Shown in pieces: positions 18,154 through 27,066 of a stretch of 49,951 nt of DNA. Within the stretch, counting starts at the first letter, position 1. Each line of letters starts with the position of its first letter. Position numbers and translations under genes: made by a program. The stretch is taken from positions 1-49,951 of the forward strand of contig JAGNWC010000001.1 of the NCBI GenBank assembly GCA_017986195.1. Direction: 5' to 3'. The DNA comes from Hydromonas sp. GTDB lineage: Bacteria > Pseudomonadota > Gammaproteobacteria > Burkholderiales > Burkholderiaceae. The notes below the pieces were generated by a model. That model was not told the DNA's origin. It saw nothing but the letters and a program-made list of their open reading frames with translations, and made no database searches.

Positions 18154-19014
18154 ATGAATAAACCCAAACGTTCAACGGTGCTCATTGTTGAGCCAGAACA
18201 AACGAAATCAATTGAGGTCAACACGCATCTGTTGCGCTACCTAAAACCCACTTTGATTGGTTTGGGCATTGCAACTGCGGTATTGACCATCAGCGTTGTG
18301 TCTCTGGCAATTCGTAACCATACAACCACAAAAGACAACCAAGCATTGCGCCAAAAAGTCGGTGATTTAGAAGGCTACACCTCTGCTGAGGTCAATGCCA
18401 AAATCAACGAGTTGCGCAAATCTGAAAAAGCGGTTTTAGAGTTGCAAAATTATTTACAAGAGCGCGGTGCAGATATTGTCCCCCCTGTGAAAAACGAGTT
18501 CGAAAAGGGCAAAAACAACGCCGCTGGTGGATCTGCATTAAAAATATCCGCATCCATTCCATTTATGGGCACGTTTGCCCAAAACACGCAAAAAATTCTT
18601 TTGGCGGCGCAAAAAATGCCTTTGGGCGCGCCTGTTCCCACAGAAATATCTTCTCGATTTGGCGGTCGTGCCAACCCCTTTTCAGGCTATGGTGGAGAGA
18701 TTCACCTTGGTTTGGATTTTCGTGGCGAAGTCGGCGATCCTGTTAAGGCAACGGCTTCTGGCGTTGTCAATTATGCAAGCATGCAAAATGGTTACGGCAA
18801 CATCGTGCGCATCACACACGAAAACGGCTACGAAACATTATTTGCACACTTGTCTGAAATTGATGTCCAAATAGGACAAACCATTAAAGCGGGCGATGTT
18901 GTTGGAAAACTTGGCTCCACAGGACGCTCAACAGGACCGCATTTGCATTATGAAATCCGCAAAGATGGCACACCAATTGATCCAGAACGTTTTTTAACTT
19001 TATCTTCTCGATAA
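18154..19014 (+). CDS. Bitopic M23 (LytM-type) peptidoglycan metalloendopeptidase with coiled-coil linker
   Basis: Short cytoplasmic N-terminus, one TM helix (LIGLGIATAVLTISVVSLAI), a coiled-coil segment and an M23 domain (HLGLDF.., GYGN.V.I.H..GYETLFAHL, STGPHLHYEIR). Confidence 0.85.
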   Translation: MNKPKRSTVLIVEPEQTKSIEVNTHLLRYLKPTLIGLGIATAVLTISVVSLAIRNHTTTKDNQALRQKVGDLEGYTSAEVNAKINELRKSEKAVLELQNYLQERGADIVPPVKNEFEKGKNNAAGGSALKISASIPFMGTFAQNTQKILLAAQKMPLGAPVPTEISSRFGGRANPFSGYGGEIHLGLDFRGEVGDPVKATASGVVNYASMQNGYGNIVRITHENGYETLFAHLSEIDVQIGQTIKAGDVVGKLGSTGRSTGPHLHYEIRKDGTPIDPERFLTLSSR

Positions 19015-19036
19015 CTCTTGAAAATCAATACCAACC

Positions 19037-19435
19037 ATGTTCAACAAAAAAACCAATGGTACTTCAGTGAATATCAATACCGCCAATATCAGTACCCTCG
19101 TCGGCGAAGGCTGTCAAATCAAAGGCGATGTATCTGCTAAAAACTCAATTAAAATCGAAGGCCATATTCAAGGCAACCTCGCGATTGACGGCAGTGTGAT
19201 TATTGGCGAAAAAGGTACGGTACAAGGTGATGTTCGCTGCGCAGATTTGGTCATATTTGGTCGTTTAGAAGGCAACATCAGTGCGCGTCAACTGCAACTC
19301 AAACAAAGCGCGCACATTCAAGGCAATATCGAAGCGCAAACGCTCCAAATTGACCCTGGTGCCATTTATCAAGGGAGTGTAACCATGAAGTCTGGCTCAG
19401 ACCCCAGCCTCAAAAGCCCTCCAGAGAAAGCATAA
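19037..19435 (+). CDS. Bactofilin (polymer-forming cytoskeletal protein, DUF583)
   Basis: Repetitive beta-helical pattern (G..I.G.V......I.G.I.GN......V.IGE.G.V.GDV....L.I.G...G) of typical length. The start is 22 nt after the M23 gene stop. Confidence 0.85.
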   Translation: MFNKKTNGTSVNINTANISTLVGEGCQIKGDVSAKNSIKIEGHIQGNLAIDGSVIIGEKGTVQGDVRCADLVIFGRLEGNISARQLQLKQSAHIQGNIEAQTLQIDPGAIYQGSVTMKSGSDPSLKSPPEKA

Positions 19436-19455
19436 CGCCTATAGGCGCACCCAAT

Positions 19456-19489
19456 AGGCTTGACATTGATTGTCAAGCCTTTGTTTTTT
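19456..19489 (+). terminator. Rho-independent terminator after the bactofilin gene
   Basis: 10-bp perfect stem aggcttgaca/tgtcaagcct with a 5-nt loop, followed by ttgtttttt. Confidence 0.8.
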
Positions 19490-19566
19490 CACGTATAATA
19501 TGCCCTGTTTTGCCACATCGGTTCGCACCAAACGATGTGGTGTTTGCTTTATGGAGTTTAGAAATA

Positions 19567-19839
19567 ATGCCAATTTACGCTTACCGTTGCAATGAATGCG
19601 GTCACAGCCAAGATGTATTGCAAAAAATCAGCGACGCGCCACTCACGACTTGCCCTGCGTGCACGCAGGAATCATTGGGTAAACAAGTGACCGCCGCGGG
19701 TTTTGCCCTCAAAGGCACAGGCTGGTATACCACTGATTTCAAAGGTGGCGCATCTTCATCCTCGTGCCCCGCTGTGCAAGAGGCGGTTGCCAATGACGCG
19801 CCGTCGCCCGCGTGTGCAGGCACTTGCACCGCTCAATAA
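19567..19839 (+). CDS. FmdB/CxxC_CxxC_SSSS family zinc-ribbon protein
   Basis: MPIYAYRCNECGH....L.K.SD.PL..CPACT... is the signature of this family. GGAG RBS upstream of ATG 19567. The longer ORF from 19510 has no support. Confidence 0.8.
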   Translation: MPIYAYRCNECGHSQDVLQKISDAPLTTCPACTQESLGKQVTAAGFALKGTGWYTTDFKGGASSSSCPAVQEAVANDAPSPACAGTCTAQ

Positions 19840-19857
19840 TTTTTAGAATCGACACAT

Positions 19858-20532
19858 ATGTTCAATCATTTAACCAGCGCGAAAATCCGCAAATACTTGG
19901 TCACAGGGGTATTGGTATGGGTTCCTGTGATCATTACGATTTCGGTCATTGCTTGGGGTATGGGCATTTTGCAGGGAATTTTCACCAGCGTGGTGGATGC
20001 GGTGGTGGCATTTTTACCCGCACCTTTGGCTGCCGATGTGGAGAAAGTTAAGGACATACCAGGTTTGGGGGTGATTTTGGTGGTCTTGGTCTTGTTTACC
20101 ACAGGTATGATGGCGGCGAATTTTTTGGGACAATGGTTTTTGCGCGTCATGGATTCATTGCTCTCAAACATACCAATCATCAAAACCGTATATAACAGCG
20201 TCAAACAAGTCTCTGACACCCTGTTTTCCAGCAGCGGGCAAGCTTTTCGCAAGGCACTTTTGGTACAATACCCGCGCGCGGGCGTGTGGACAGTGGCGTT
20301 TCAGACGGGCACACCGTCTGGGCAAATCGCAAAAAATATTCCGCATGATTGCGTCAGCGTGTATGTCCCCACAACCCCCAATCCGACCTCGGGTTTTTTT
20401 CTGATTATGGCAAAAACCGATGTGGTTGAACTGAATATGAGCGTGGATGAAGCACTCAAATACATTATTTCTATGGGCGTGGTTGACCTTGAAACGCTTG
20501 AAAAAAAGCCCTTAAAACAATCAAAACCTTAA
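19858..20532 (+). CDS. DUF502-family inner-membrane protein
   Basis: Two N-terminal TM helices and the conserved [14 protein letters not shown] and YPR.G.W...F motifs. The FmdB-DUF502-aspS order recurs in Betaproteobacteria. Confidence 0.7.
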   Translation: MFNHLTSAKIRKYLVTGVLVWVPVIITISVIAWGMGILQGIFTSVVDAVVAFLPAPLAADVEKVKDIPGLGVILVVLVLFTTGMMAANFLGQWFLRVMDSLLSNIPIIKTVYNSVKQVSDTLFSSSGQAFRKALLVQYPRAGVWTVAFQTGTPSGQIAKNIPHDCVSVYVPTTPNPTSGFFLIMAKTDVVELNMSVDEALKYIISMGVVDLETLEKKPLKQSKP

Positions 20533-20575
20533 TTTTAATATTTGCACCTTTACATTTAACAGCGAAAGTAAACAC

Positions 20576-22375
20576 ATGAGTATGCGCAGTCATTTTTGTG
20601 GTCTTGTGACCAAAGAGTCCGTTGAACAAACCGTCACCTTGTGTGGCTGGGTCAATCGTCGCCGTGACCACGGCGGTGTGATTTTCTTGGATGTGCGCGA
20701 CAAAGAAGGTTTGGTACAGGTGGTCTGCAACCCCGACGATGCAGCGATGTTTGAACTGGCTTCATCGTTGCGCAACGAGTTTTGCGTGAAAATCACGGGT
20801 CGCGTGGTCTTGCGCGATGCGGCTTTGGTCAACCCAAAATTACCGACAGGCGAAATCGAAGTGGTCTGTAAAGAGTTGGAAATCCTCAACCCATCGGTCA
20901 CGCCACCGTTCCAGTTGGACGAGGACAACCTGTCTGAAACCATCCGCCTAACCCACCGTGTGCTCGATTTGCGCCGTCCGCAAATGCAACACAACATGAA
21001 ACTGCGCTACCGTGCGGCAATGGCGATGCGCAAATTTTTGGACGCGAACGACTTCATTGACATCGAAACACCGATGCTGACCAAATCCACACCCGAAGGC
21101 GCACGCGACTACCTCGTGCCCTCACGCGTACACGATGGTCAGTTTTTTGCCTTGCCTCAGTCACCGCAATTATTCAAACAAATGTTGATGGTTGCTGGCT
21201 TTGATCGCTATTATCAAATCGTCAAGTGCTTCCGCGATGAAGATTTACGCGCCGACCGCCAACCTGAATTCACCCAAGTGGATATTGAAACCTCATTTAT
21301 GACTGAAGAAGACATTCGTGAGACCTTCGAGGGCATGATTCGAGGTGTATTTAAAGAAGTATTGAACGTCGAACTGCCCAATCCATTCCCCGTGATGAGT
21401 TATGCCAATGCGATGCATCTATACGGCTCGGACAAACCCGATATGCGCATTCCATTACAATTCACTGAGTTGACCGACGTGATGAAAAACGTCGAGTTCA
21501 AAGTATTCAACTCGGCGGCGAACTTGCCTGACGGTCGCGTAGTCGCATTGCGCGTACCAAACGGCTCAGACATTTCACGCTCAGAAATTGATGCCTACAC
21601 GCAATTTGTCGGCATCTACGGTGCACGTGGTTTGGCGTACATCAAGGTCAACGACATCACTGCGGGGCGCGATGGTTTGCAATCGCCGATTGTCAAAAAC
21701 ATTGACGATGCCTCATTGACTGAAATTTTGAAGCGCACGGGTGCGCAAACGGGTGACATTATATTTTTCGGCGCAGACCGCGCCAAAGTGGTCAACGATG
21801 CGATTGGCGCATTGCGCCTTAAAATCGGTCACGAAAAAGGACACGCATCCAAAGACTGGCAACCGTTGTGGGTGGTGGACTTCCCGATGTTTGAGTATGA
21901 CGACGAAGCCAAACGCTACGTTGCCTGTCATCATCCGTTCACCGCGCCCAAAGACGGTCACGAAGACTTTTTGAGTTCAGACCCAGGCAAATGCATTGCC
22001 AAAGCCTACGACATGGTGCTCAATGGTTGGGAAATCGGCGGCGGCTCGGTGCGGATTCATCGCGAAGAAGTGCAATCCAAAGTATTCCGCGCTTTGAACA
22101 TTGGCGCAGAAGAAGCGCAAGAAAAATTCGGCTTTTTGCTCGACGCATTGCAATACGGCGCGCCGCCACACGGCGGGATTGCCTTTGGTTTGGATCGCAT
22201 CGTCACCATGATGACAGGCGCGGAATCCATTCGCGATGTGATTGCCTTCCCGAAAACCCAGCGCGCGCAGTGTCTGCTCACGCAAGCACCGTCACCAGTG
22301 GACGAGAAACAATTGCGTGAACTACACATCCGCTTGCGCAACACCCAAGCAACCATCGAAGTCAAAAAAGACTGA
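20576..22375 (+). CDS. aspS: Aspartate--tRNA ligase (possibly non-discriminating)
   Basis: ~597 aa, collinear with E. coli AspS ([61 protein letters not shown]). The start could also be ATG 20582. Confidence 0.95.
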   Translation: MSMRSHFCGLVTKESVEQTVTLCGWVNRRRDHGGVIFLDVRDKEGLVQVVCNPDDAAMFELASSLRNEFCVKITGRVVLRDAALVNPKLPTGEIEVVCKELEILNPSVTPPFQLDEDNLSETIRLTHRVLDLRRPQMQHNMKLRYRAAMAMRKFLDANDFIDIETPMLTKSTPEGARDYLVPSRVHDGQFFALPQSPQLFKQMLMVAGFDRYYQIVKCFRDEDLRADRQPEFTQVDIETSFMTEEDIRETFEGMIRGVFKEVLNVELPNPFPVMSYANAMHLYGSDKPDMRIPLQFTELTDVMKNVEFKVFNSAANLPDGRVVALRVPNGSDISRSEIDAYTQFVGIYGARGLAYIKVNDITAGRDGLQSPIVKNIDDASLTEILKRTGAQTGDIIFFGADRAKVVNDAIGALRLKIGHEKGHASKDWQPLWVVDFPMFEYDDEAKRYVACHHPFTAPKDGHEDFLSSDPGKCIAKAYDMVLNGWEIGGGSVRIHREEVQSKVFRALNIGAEEAQEKFGFLLDALQYGAPPHGGIAFGLDRIVTMMTGAESIRDVIAFPKTQRAQCLLTQAPSPVDEKQLRELHIRLRNTQATIEVKKD

Positions 22376-22391
22376 TGACGCACACAACTGC

Positions 22392-22433
22392 GGCGCATGG
22401 GTTCATCCGATACCTATGCGCCGTTTTGTTATT
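22392..22433 (+). terminator. Probable terminator after aspS
   Basis: 7-bp stem ggcgcat/atgcgcc with a 17-nt loop, followed by gttttgttattt. Confidence 0.45.
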
Positions 22434-22445
22434 TGGAGAATCCCC

Positions 22446-22775
22446 ATGAACTTATTTGACCAACTTAAAGCCCAAATGCGCGGCACACCGAGCGAGGCAC
22501 TGCCAGAGAACGCCCTCATCATCGATGTACGCTCAGCGGGCGAATTTGCCATGGGGCATGTCGAAGGCGCGCTAAACATTCCTGTGGAGTCCATTTCCCC
22601 ACACAACCTCGCATCTTTGCAAGACAAAACACAAACCCTTGTGGTGTATTGTGCCTCAGGCATGCGCTCAGGTTATGCGCGCACAATGCTCATGCAAATG
22701 GGCTACACCAACGTCATCAATGCGGGCACACCCTATGAAACCGCGCAAATGACCCACAAACCTTTGGTTCGTTAA
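22446..22775 (+). CDS. Single-domain rhodanese-like sulfurtransferase
   Basis: IIDVRS..EF..GH..GA.NIP and the active-site loop VYCASGMRSG. GGAGA RBS before ATG 22446. The upstream part of ORF 22242.. overlaps aspS and is not credible. Confidence 0.8.
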   Translation: MNLFDQLKAQMRGTPSEALPENALIIDVRSAGEFAMGHVEGALNIPVESISPHNLASLQDKTQTLVVYCASGMRSGYARTMLMQMGYTNVINAGTPYETAQMTHKPLVR

Positions 22776-22788
22776 GGAATCATGCGCC

Positions 22789-23130
22789 ATGGAAAAACTG
22801 TTTTCATACGGCACATTGCAACAATCCGACGTTCAAATGGCGACTTTTGGACGTGTATTGGCGGGTGTTGCCGATACTTTATTGGGTTATCGTGTCACCA
22901 CTGTCAAAATTGCAGATGCCCAAGCCATTGCCCTCAGTGGCAAAGAATACCACCCCATGCTGGTGTACACAGGTTATCCATCAGACAAAATTTCTGGCAT
23001 GGTATTTGAATTGACGTCTGAAGAATTGATTCAGGCAGACGCCTACGAAGATGCCGCTTACGTGCGTAAACTTGGGCGGATGCTATCGGGTGGACAGGCT
23101 TGGATTTATGCGGATGTGAATGATTTGTGA
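22789..23130 (+). CDS. Gamma-glutamylcyclotransferase (AIG2/GGACT)-like family protein
   Basis: The N-terminal LFSYGTLQ motif and ~110 aa size are typical of the family. The functional assignment is generic. Confidence 0.6.
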   Translation: MEKLFSYGTLQQSDVQMATFGRVLAGVADTLLGYRVTTVKIADAQAIALSGKEYHPMLVYTGYPSDKISGMVFELTSEELIQADAYEDAAYVRKLGRMLSGGQAWIYADVNDL

Positions 23131-23150
23131 ATCACTTGACAGCCGCCCAT

Positions 23151-23179
23151 AAAAAACGCCATCGAATTCGATGGCGTTT
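23151..23179. terminator. Bidirectional terminator between the GGCT-like gene and htpX
   Basis: Perfect palindrome aaacgccatcg-aatt-cgatggcgttt with A6 upstream and TTT downstream, between convergent genes. Confidence 0.75.
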
Positions 23180-23198
23180 CATAATCCAAAATTAATTA

Positions 23199-24095
23199 TT
23201 AACCCTGAGTGACCGATGCTTCCAAACGCGCAATGCGCTCTTCCAAAGGTGGGTGGGTCATAAACAAACTCATCATGCCGCCACGTTTGCCCGAAATACC
23301 CAAAGCTGCCACTTTCTCAGGCATGTGCTCAGGCTCATGCGCAGATTGCAAACGTTTTAACGCATTAATCATATTTTGACGACCCGATAAATTCGCGCCC
23401 CCCGCATCGGCACGGAACTCACGTTGACGTGAGAACCACATCACAATAATCGTTGCCAAGAAGCCCAAGAATATTTGTGCCACCAAACTGCTGACAAAAA
23501 AACCAATGCCTGGACCATCATCTTCATTTTTCAAAATCACACGGTCAACGAAATTACCAATAATCCGTGAAAAGAAGAATACAAAAGTATTGACCACACC
23601 TTGAATCAAAGTCAAAGTCACCATGTCACCATTGGCCACGTGTGAGATTTCATGTGCCAGCACGGCTTCAGCTTCGGATTTGCTCATACTGCGCAACAAA
23701 CCTGTGGACACAGCGACCAAGGCGTTGTTTTTGTTCGCACCCGTCGCAAAAGCATTCACATCGGGCGAATCGTAAATCGCCACCTCTGGCATACCGATGT
23801 TCGCTTGATTTGCCTGACGACGGACGGTTTCAACCAACCAATGCTCAACGTCACCTTGTGGTTGTGTGATGATTTGCGCACCGACCGACATTGCCGCCAT
23901 TTTTTTAGACATCAACAGCGAGATAATTGAACCCGCAAAGCCAATAACTGCCGATGCTGCCAACAACCCAGCCATACTGCCTTGGCCACCGAGATGCTGA
24001 TTCAGGCCTGTGACCTGCAACACAATTGTTATCACTGCCATAACGGCAATATTGGTCAATAAAAATAAGAAAATTCGTTTCACTGTTATCTCCAA
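23199..24095 (-). CDS. htpX: Zinc metalloprotease HtpX (M48 family)
   Basis: 298 aa with four TM segments, the [11 protein letters not shown] zinc motif and a conserved [10 protein letters not shown]-terminus. Confidence 0.93.
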   Translation of the reverse strand: MEITVKRIFLFLLTNIAVMAVITIVLQVTGLNQHLGGQGSMAGLLAASAVIGFAGSIISLLMSKKMAAMSVGAQIITQPQGDVEHWLVETVRRQANQANIGMPEVAIYDSPDVNAFATGANKNNALVAVSTGLLRSMSKSEAEAVLAHEISHVANGDMVTLTLIQGVVNTFVFFFSRIIGNFVDRVILKNEDDGPGIGFFVSSLVAQIFLGFLATIIVMWFSRQREFRADAGGANLSGRQNMINALKRLQSAHEPEHMPEKVAALGISGKRGGMMSLFMTHPPLEERIARLEASVTQG

Positions 24096-24180
24096 AAAAG
24101 TGAATTAACACCGACGGATAAAGCACCGCCCTCTGCTTTTACAACCTCATTATGCAATAAATTTCCCACCCTTGCAGAGC

Positions 24181-24207
24181 ATGTGGGGATTAACACATGG
24201 AATTCAA
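24181..24207 (-). promoter_or_regulatory. Candidate sigma32 (heat-shock) promoter for htpX
   Basis: The minus strand reads TTGAA-14 nt-CCCCACAT, against the consensus CTTGAA-13/14-CCCCATnT, ~90-110 nt upstream of the htpX ATG. htpX is a heat-shock gene in E. coli. Confidence 0.45.
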
Positions 24208-24240
24208 TATGGACATACACGAAACCTCAAATCCATAGGA

Positions 24241-24270
24241 AAAAAACCCGCAATGCGAACACTGCGGGTT
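24241..24270 (-). terminator. Rho-independent terminator after tRNA-Phe
   Basis: On the minus strand: AACCCGCA, a 10-nt loop, TGCGGGTT, then TTTT, starting 10 nt after the tRNA 3' end. Confidence 0.7.
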
Positions 24271-24279
24271 TCCATATTT

Positions 24280-24355
24280 TGGTGGCTTGGGGCGGAATCG
24301 AACCGCCGACACGCGGATTTTCAATCCGCTGCTCTACCAACTGAGCTACCTAGCC
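24280..24355 (-). tRNA. tRNA-Phe (anticodon GAA), CCA encoded
   Basis: The minus strand reads GGCTAGGTAGCTCAGTTGGTAGAGCAGCGGATTGAAAATCCGCGTGTCGGCGGTTCGATTCCGCCCCAAGCCACCA. It folds as a cloverleaf with a TTGAAAA anticodon loop, very close to E. coli tRNA-Phe in the D, anticodon and T arms. There is one A-A mismatch at acceptor pair 5-68. Confidence 0.9.
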
Positions 24356-24387
24356 ATTTCTCAATCTTGCATCAATCAAGAAGCGAA

Positions 24388-24416
24388 ATTATAGGTGATT
24401 TTAGCCAAGCGGTCAA
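24388..24416 (-). promoter_or_regulatory. Near-consensus sigma70 promoter for tRNA-Phe (TTGACC-17-TATAAT)
   Basis: On the minus strand: TTGACC (24416..24411), a 17-nt spacer and TATAAT (24393..24388), ~33 nt upstream of the mature tRNA 5' end. Confidence 0.6.
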
Positions 24417-24458
24417 TTCATTTACCAAAAATACCTCAAAAAAAAATACGCTTGCTTC

Positions 24459-26171
24459 TTAAGCATTCAACGCGCCATTACGATTCATCGCCGCGACAAA
24501 TGCCAAGAACGACGCGGTCACAATGTTCGAATGCAAACCGACACCGTAGGTGGGTGCTTGGTCGGCATGCGCGACTTGCACATAGCACACGGCTTCTTGC
24601 GCGGTATCGCCAACTTCAGGGTGGATGTCGTGTTGCGAGTACTGCGTTACCGAGAACTTCGTGCCAACCGCTTGATTCAAAGCTGAAGCGAACGCCGACA
24701 ATGGTCCATTGCCTGTACCTGTGATGACTTTTTCTTCGCCGTTCACTTGTATCGTCGCTGTGACGGTTTCCACGCCATCTTCGTGCTCAATTTTGTGTTT
24801 CACATAACGCACTTTACCTTCAGGTGTGACAAACGTTTGGTTAAATACGTCATAGATTTGCTCACTGGTCAATTCTTTGCCCGTCTCATCGGCGAGCACT
24901 TGCACCGCACGCGCGACTTCAACTTGCAACAGACGTGGCAGTTCCAAACCATAATCGCGTTCGAGCAAATACGCCATGCCGCCTTTGCCCGACTGCGCGT
25001 TCACGCGAATCACTGCGTCATAACCACGTCCCAAATCGGCTGGGTCTATCGGTAAATACGGCACTTCCCACTTCACAGTCTCACCGCCTGCCGCCATTTG
25101 TCGCTCTTTTTGACGGGTCAGACCTTTTTTAATCGCGTCTTGGTGCGAGCCTGAGAACGCCGTGAACACCAATTCGCCCGCCCAAGGATGACGTGGGCTA
25201 ACGGGCAACTGCGTGCATTCTTCAACAATTTGCACCACTTCCATGATGTTTGAAAAATCAATCCCAGGATGAATGCCTTGCGACCACATATTCACAGCAA
25301 GGTTCGCCAAACACACATTGCCCGTGCGCTCGCCATTGCCAAATAAACACCCTTCCACACGATCCGCACCCGCGAGCATACCGAGTTCGGCACACGCCGT
25401 ACCCGTACCGCGGTCATTGTGCGGGTGCAAACTGATAATCACGCTATCGCGGTTTGGAATGTTTTTGTGGAAATATTCGACTTGGTCGGCATACACATTG
25501 GGTGTTGAAACCTCAATGGTTGCAGGCAGATTGAAAATCAATTTATTGCTCGGACTCGCACCCCAACGCTCCATCACTGCCGTGCAGATTTCCACCGCAA
25601 AATCCGCCTCGGTCATGCTGAAGGTTTCAGGTGAATATTCCAACACCCATTTGGTTTGCGGGTATTGGGCAATGGCCGCTTTGATGTCGTCAATCGCTTT
25701 CAAAGCCAAATCAATGGTTTGCTGGCGGTTCTTTTGAAACACCACTTCTCGGAATAACGGGCTGGTCGCATTGTACACGTGCATAATCGCAATCTCAGCA
25801 CCCGCCATCGCCTCAGCGGTGCGGTTGATTAAATCCGTGCGTCCCTGCATCAATGCCTGAATCGCCACGCCTTTCGGAATGCGTCCACCATCAATCAGTT
25901 TGCGCACAAAATCAAACTCAATTTGCGAGGCCGAAGGAAAACCAATTTCAATTTCTTTATAACCCAAACTGACCAACAAATCCCACAATTTCAACTTTTT
26001 ATCAATGTCCATTGGGTCGATCAACGCCTGATTGCCATCGCGCAAATCGGTTGACAACCAAATCGGGGGTTGGGTCAAGGTTTTATCTGGCCATTGACGG
26101 TTTTCCAATTTGATTTGCGGATATGCGGTGTATTTTTTCGCAGGGTCTAAAGTTCGAAATGTGTCGTTCAT
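24459..26171 (-). CDS. leuA: 2-isopropylmalate synthase (long, ~570-aa LeuA type)
   Basis: LRDGNQA, the HPHNDRGTG.A metal site, the catalytic TIM barrel and a C-terminal LeuA dimerisation/regulatory domain. Confidence 0.93.
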   Translation of the reverse strand: MNDTFRTLDPAKKYTAYPQIKLENRQWPDKTLTQPPIWLSTDLRDGNQALIDPMDIDKKLKLWDLLVSLGYKEIEIGFPSASQIEFDFVRKLIDGGRIPKGVAIQALMQGRTDLINRTAEAMAGAEIAIMHVYNATSPLFREVVFQKNRQQTIDLALKAIDDIKAAIAQYPQTKWVLEYSPETFSMTEADFAVEICTAVMERWGASPSNKLIFNLPATIEVSTPNVYADQVEYFHKNIPNRDSVIISLHPHNDRGTGTACAELGMLAGADRVEGCLFGNGERTGNVCLANLAVNMWSQGIHPGIDFSNIMEVVQIVEECTQLPVSPRHPWAGELVFTAFSGSHQDAIKKGLTRQKERQMAAGGETVKWEVPYLPIDPADLGRGYDAVIRVNAQSGKGGMAYLLERDYGLELPRLLQVEVARAVQVLADETGKELTSEQIYDVFNQTFVTPEGKVRYVKHKIEHEDGVETVTATIQVNGEEKVITGTGNGPLSAFASALNQAVGTKFSVTQYSQHDIHPEVGDTAQEAVCYVQVAHADQAPTYGVGLHSNIVTASFLAFVAAMNRNGALNA

Positions 26172-26220
26172 TGTGCACCTATGTGGGTTAGATTAAAACT
26201 TGGGTTTGCAAACACCATAA

Positions 26221-26264
26221 CAAAAAACCTCGGCACAGCGTTTGCTGAAAAGATGCCGAGGTTT
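26221..26264 (-). terminator. Rho-independent terminator in the leuA leader (attenuator candidate)
   Basis: On the minus strand: AACCUCGGCA, an 18-nt loop, UGCCGAGGUU, then UUUU. It lies 50 nt upstream of the leuA ATG, in the same orientation as leuA and 37 nt after the leader-ORF stop. Confidence 0.65.
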
Positions 26265-26300
26265 GAAAATTCTTGGATACTGACTAAACGGTTAAACTTT

Positions 26301-26399
26301 TTAGCATCCTCGATTCGCGTACGCAAACAACGGCTGGCATCTTAGCAAAGAAGCCAGCAATCGCAACGAAGCAAGAGGTTTAAAAAATTGAGTAGTCAT
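26301..26399 (-). CDS. Candidate Leu-rich leader peptide (32 aa) for leuA attenuation
   Basis: The hand-translated minus strand gives MTTQFFKPLASLRLLASLLRCQPLFAYANRGC-TAA. Seven of 32 residues are Leu, five of them within LRLLASLL. It sits between a promoter and the terminator at 26221..26264. It has no SD, and the ATG lies ~7 nt after the -10 element. Confidence 0.45.
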   Translation of the reverse strand: MTTQFFKPLASLRLLASLLRCQPLFAYANRGC

Positions 26400-26406
26400 G
26401 CGTTGA

Positions 26407-26435
26407 ACTATAACCGAAAAAAATAAAATCGTCAA
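26407..26435 (-). promoter_or_regulatory. Candidate sigma70 promoter of the leuA leader (TTGACG-17-TATAGT)
   Basis: On the minus strand: TTGACG (26435..26430), a 17-nt spacer and TATAGT (26412..26407). The leader ATG begins 8 nt after the -10 hexamer. Confidence 0.5.
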
Positions 26436-26442
26436 ATATACT

Positions 26443-27009
26443 TTACGAATGCTCGCGTAAAGTCGGATACGCGCCTTTGAGATACACCGCCATTGAAATC
26501 ACGGTCAGTGCAGCAGCCACATAAATCAACCATGTGCCGACCACTCGAGTATTGATGCCGACGATGACGCCGTTGAACAACAGCATCGGCAACGCGATCA
26601 TCTGCACCGCGGTTTTCCATTTGCCCAATTCATTGACCGCCACAGCCGCACGCGCACCGATGCTCGCCATCCATTCGCGCAGAGCCGAGATGGTGATTTC
26701 GCGCCCGATGATAATCAGTGCAATCAATCCGTGCACGCGTTGGTCATGCACCAATACGATGAGACACGCCGCCACGAGGAGTTTGTCGGCAACGGGATCG
26801 AGAAACGCCCCAAACTTGCTGGTTTGATTCCATTTGCGCGCCAAATAGCCATCCAACCAATCGGTAACCGCCGCCCCGACAAACAACACGGTCGCCAAAA
26901 CATCGCGCACCATGGCGTAGTTGTCAAATGGGGCGTAGTAAATCGCAACCAACAAGGGTATGGCGATGACCCTGCCCCAAGTCAGGAGGATGGGGATGTT
27001 AAATGGCAT
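26443..27009 (-). CDS. pgsA: CDP-diacylglycerol--glycerol-3-phosphate 3-phosphatidyltransferase
   Basis: 188 aa with the CDP-alcohol phosphotransferase motif DGYLAR....S.FGAFLDPVADK. Lies downstream of uvrC, as in E. coli. Confidence 0.92.
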   Translation of the reverse strand: MPFNIPILLTWGRVIAIPLLVAIYYAPFDNYAMVRDVLATVLFVGAAVTDWLDGYLARKWNQTSKFGAFLDPVADKLLVAACLIVLVHDQRVHGLIALIIIGREITISALREWMASIGARAAVAVNELGKWKTAVQMIALPMLLFNGVIVGINTRVVGTWLIYVAAALTVISMAVYLKGAYPTLREHS

Positions 27010-27066
27010 ACTGAACTTTCTATGAAAAATGCTGTGCGCTTCATCGGCGGTATTCTAACCCAACAT

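Noticed and set aside
22770-22790. Possible third copy of the TTAAGGAA... repeat end (TTAAGGAATCATGCGCC)
   Set aside because: There is no partner inverted repeat nearby. The sequence is fully explained by the rhodanese stop codon plus the AAGGAA RBS of the next gene.
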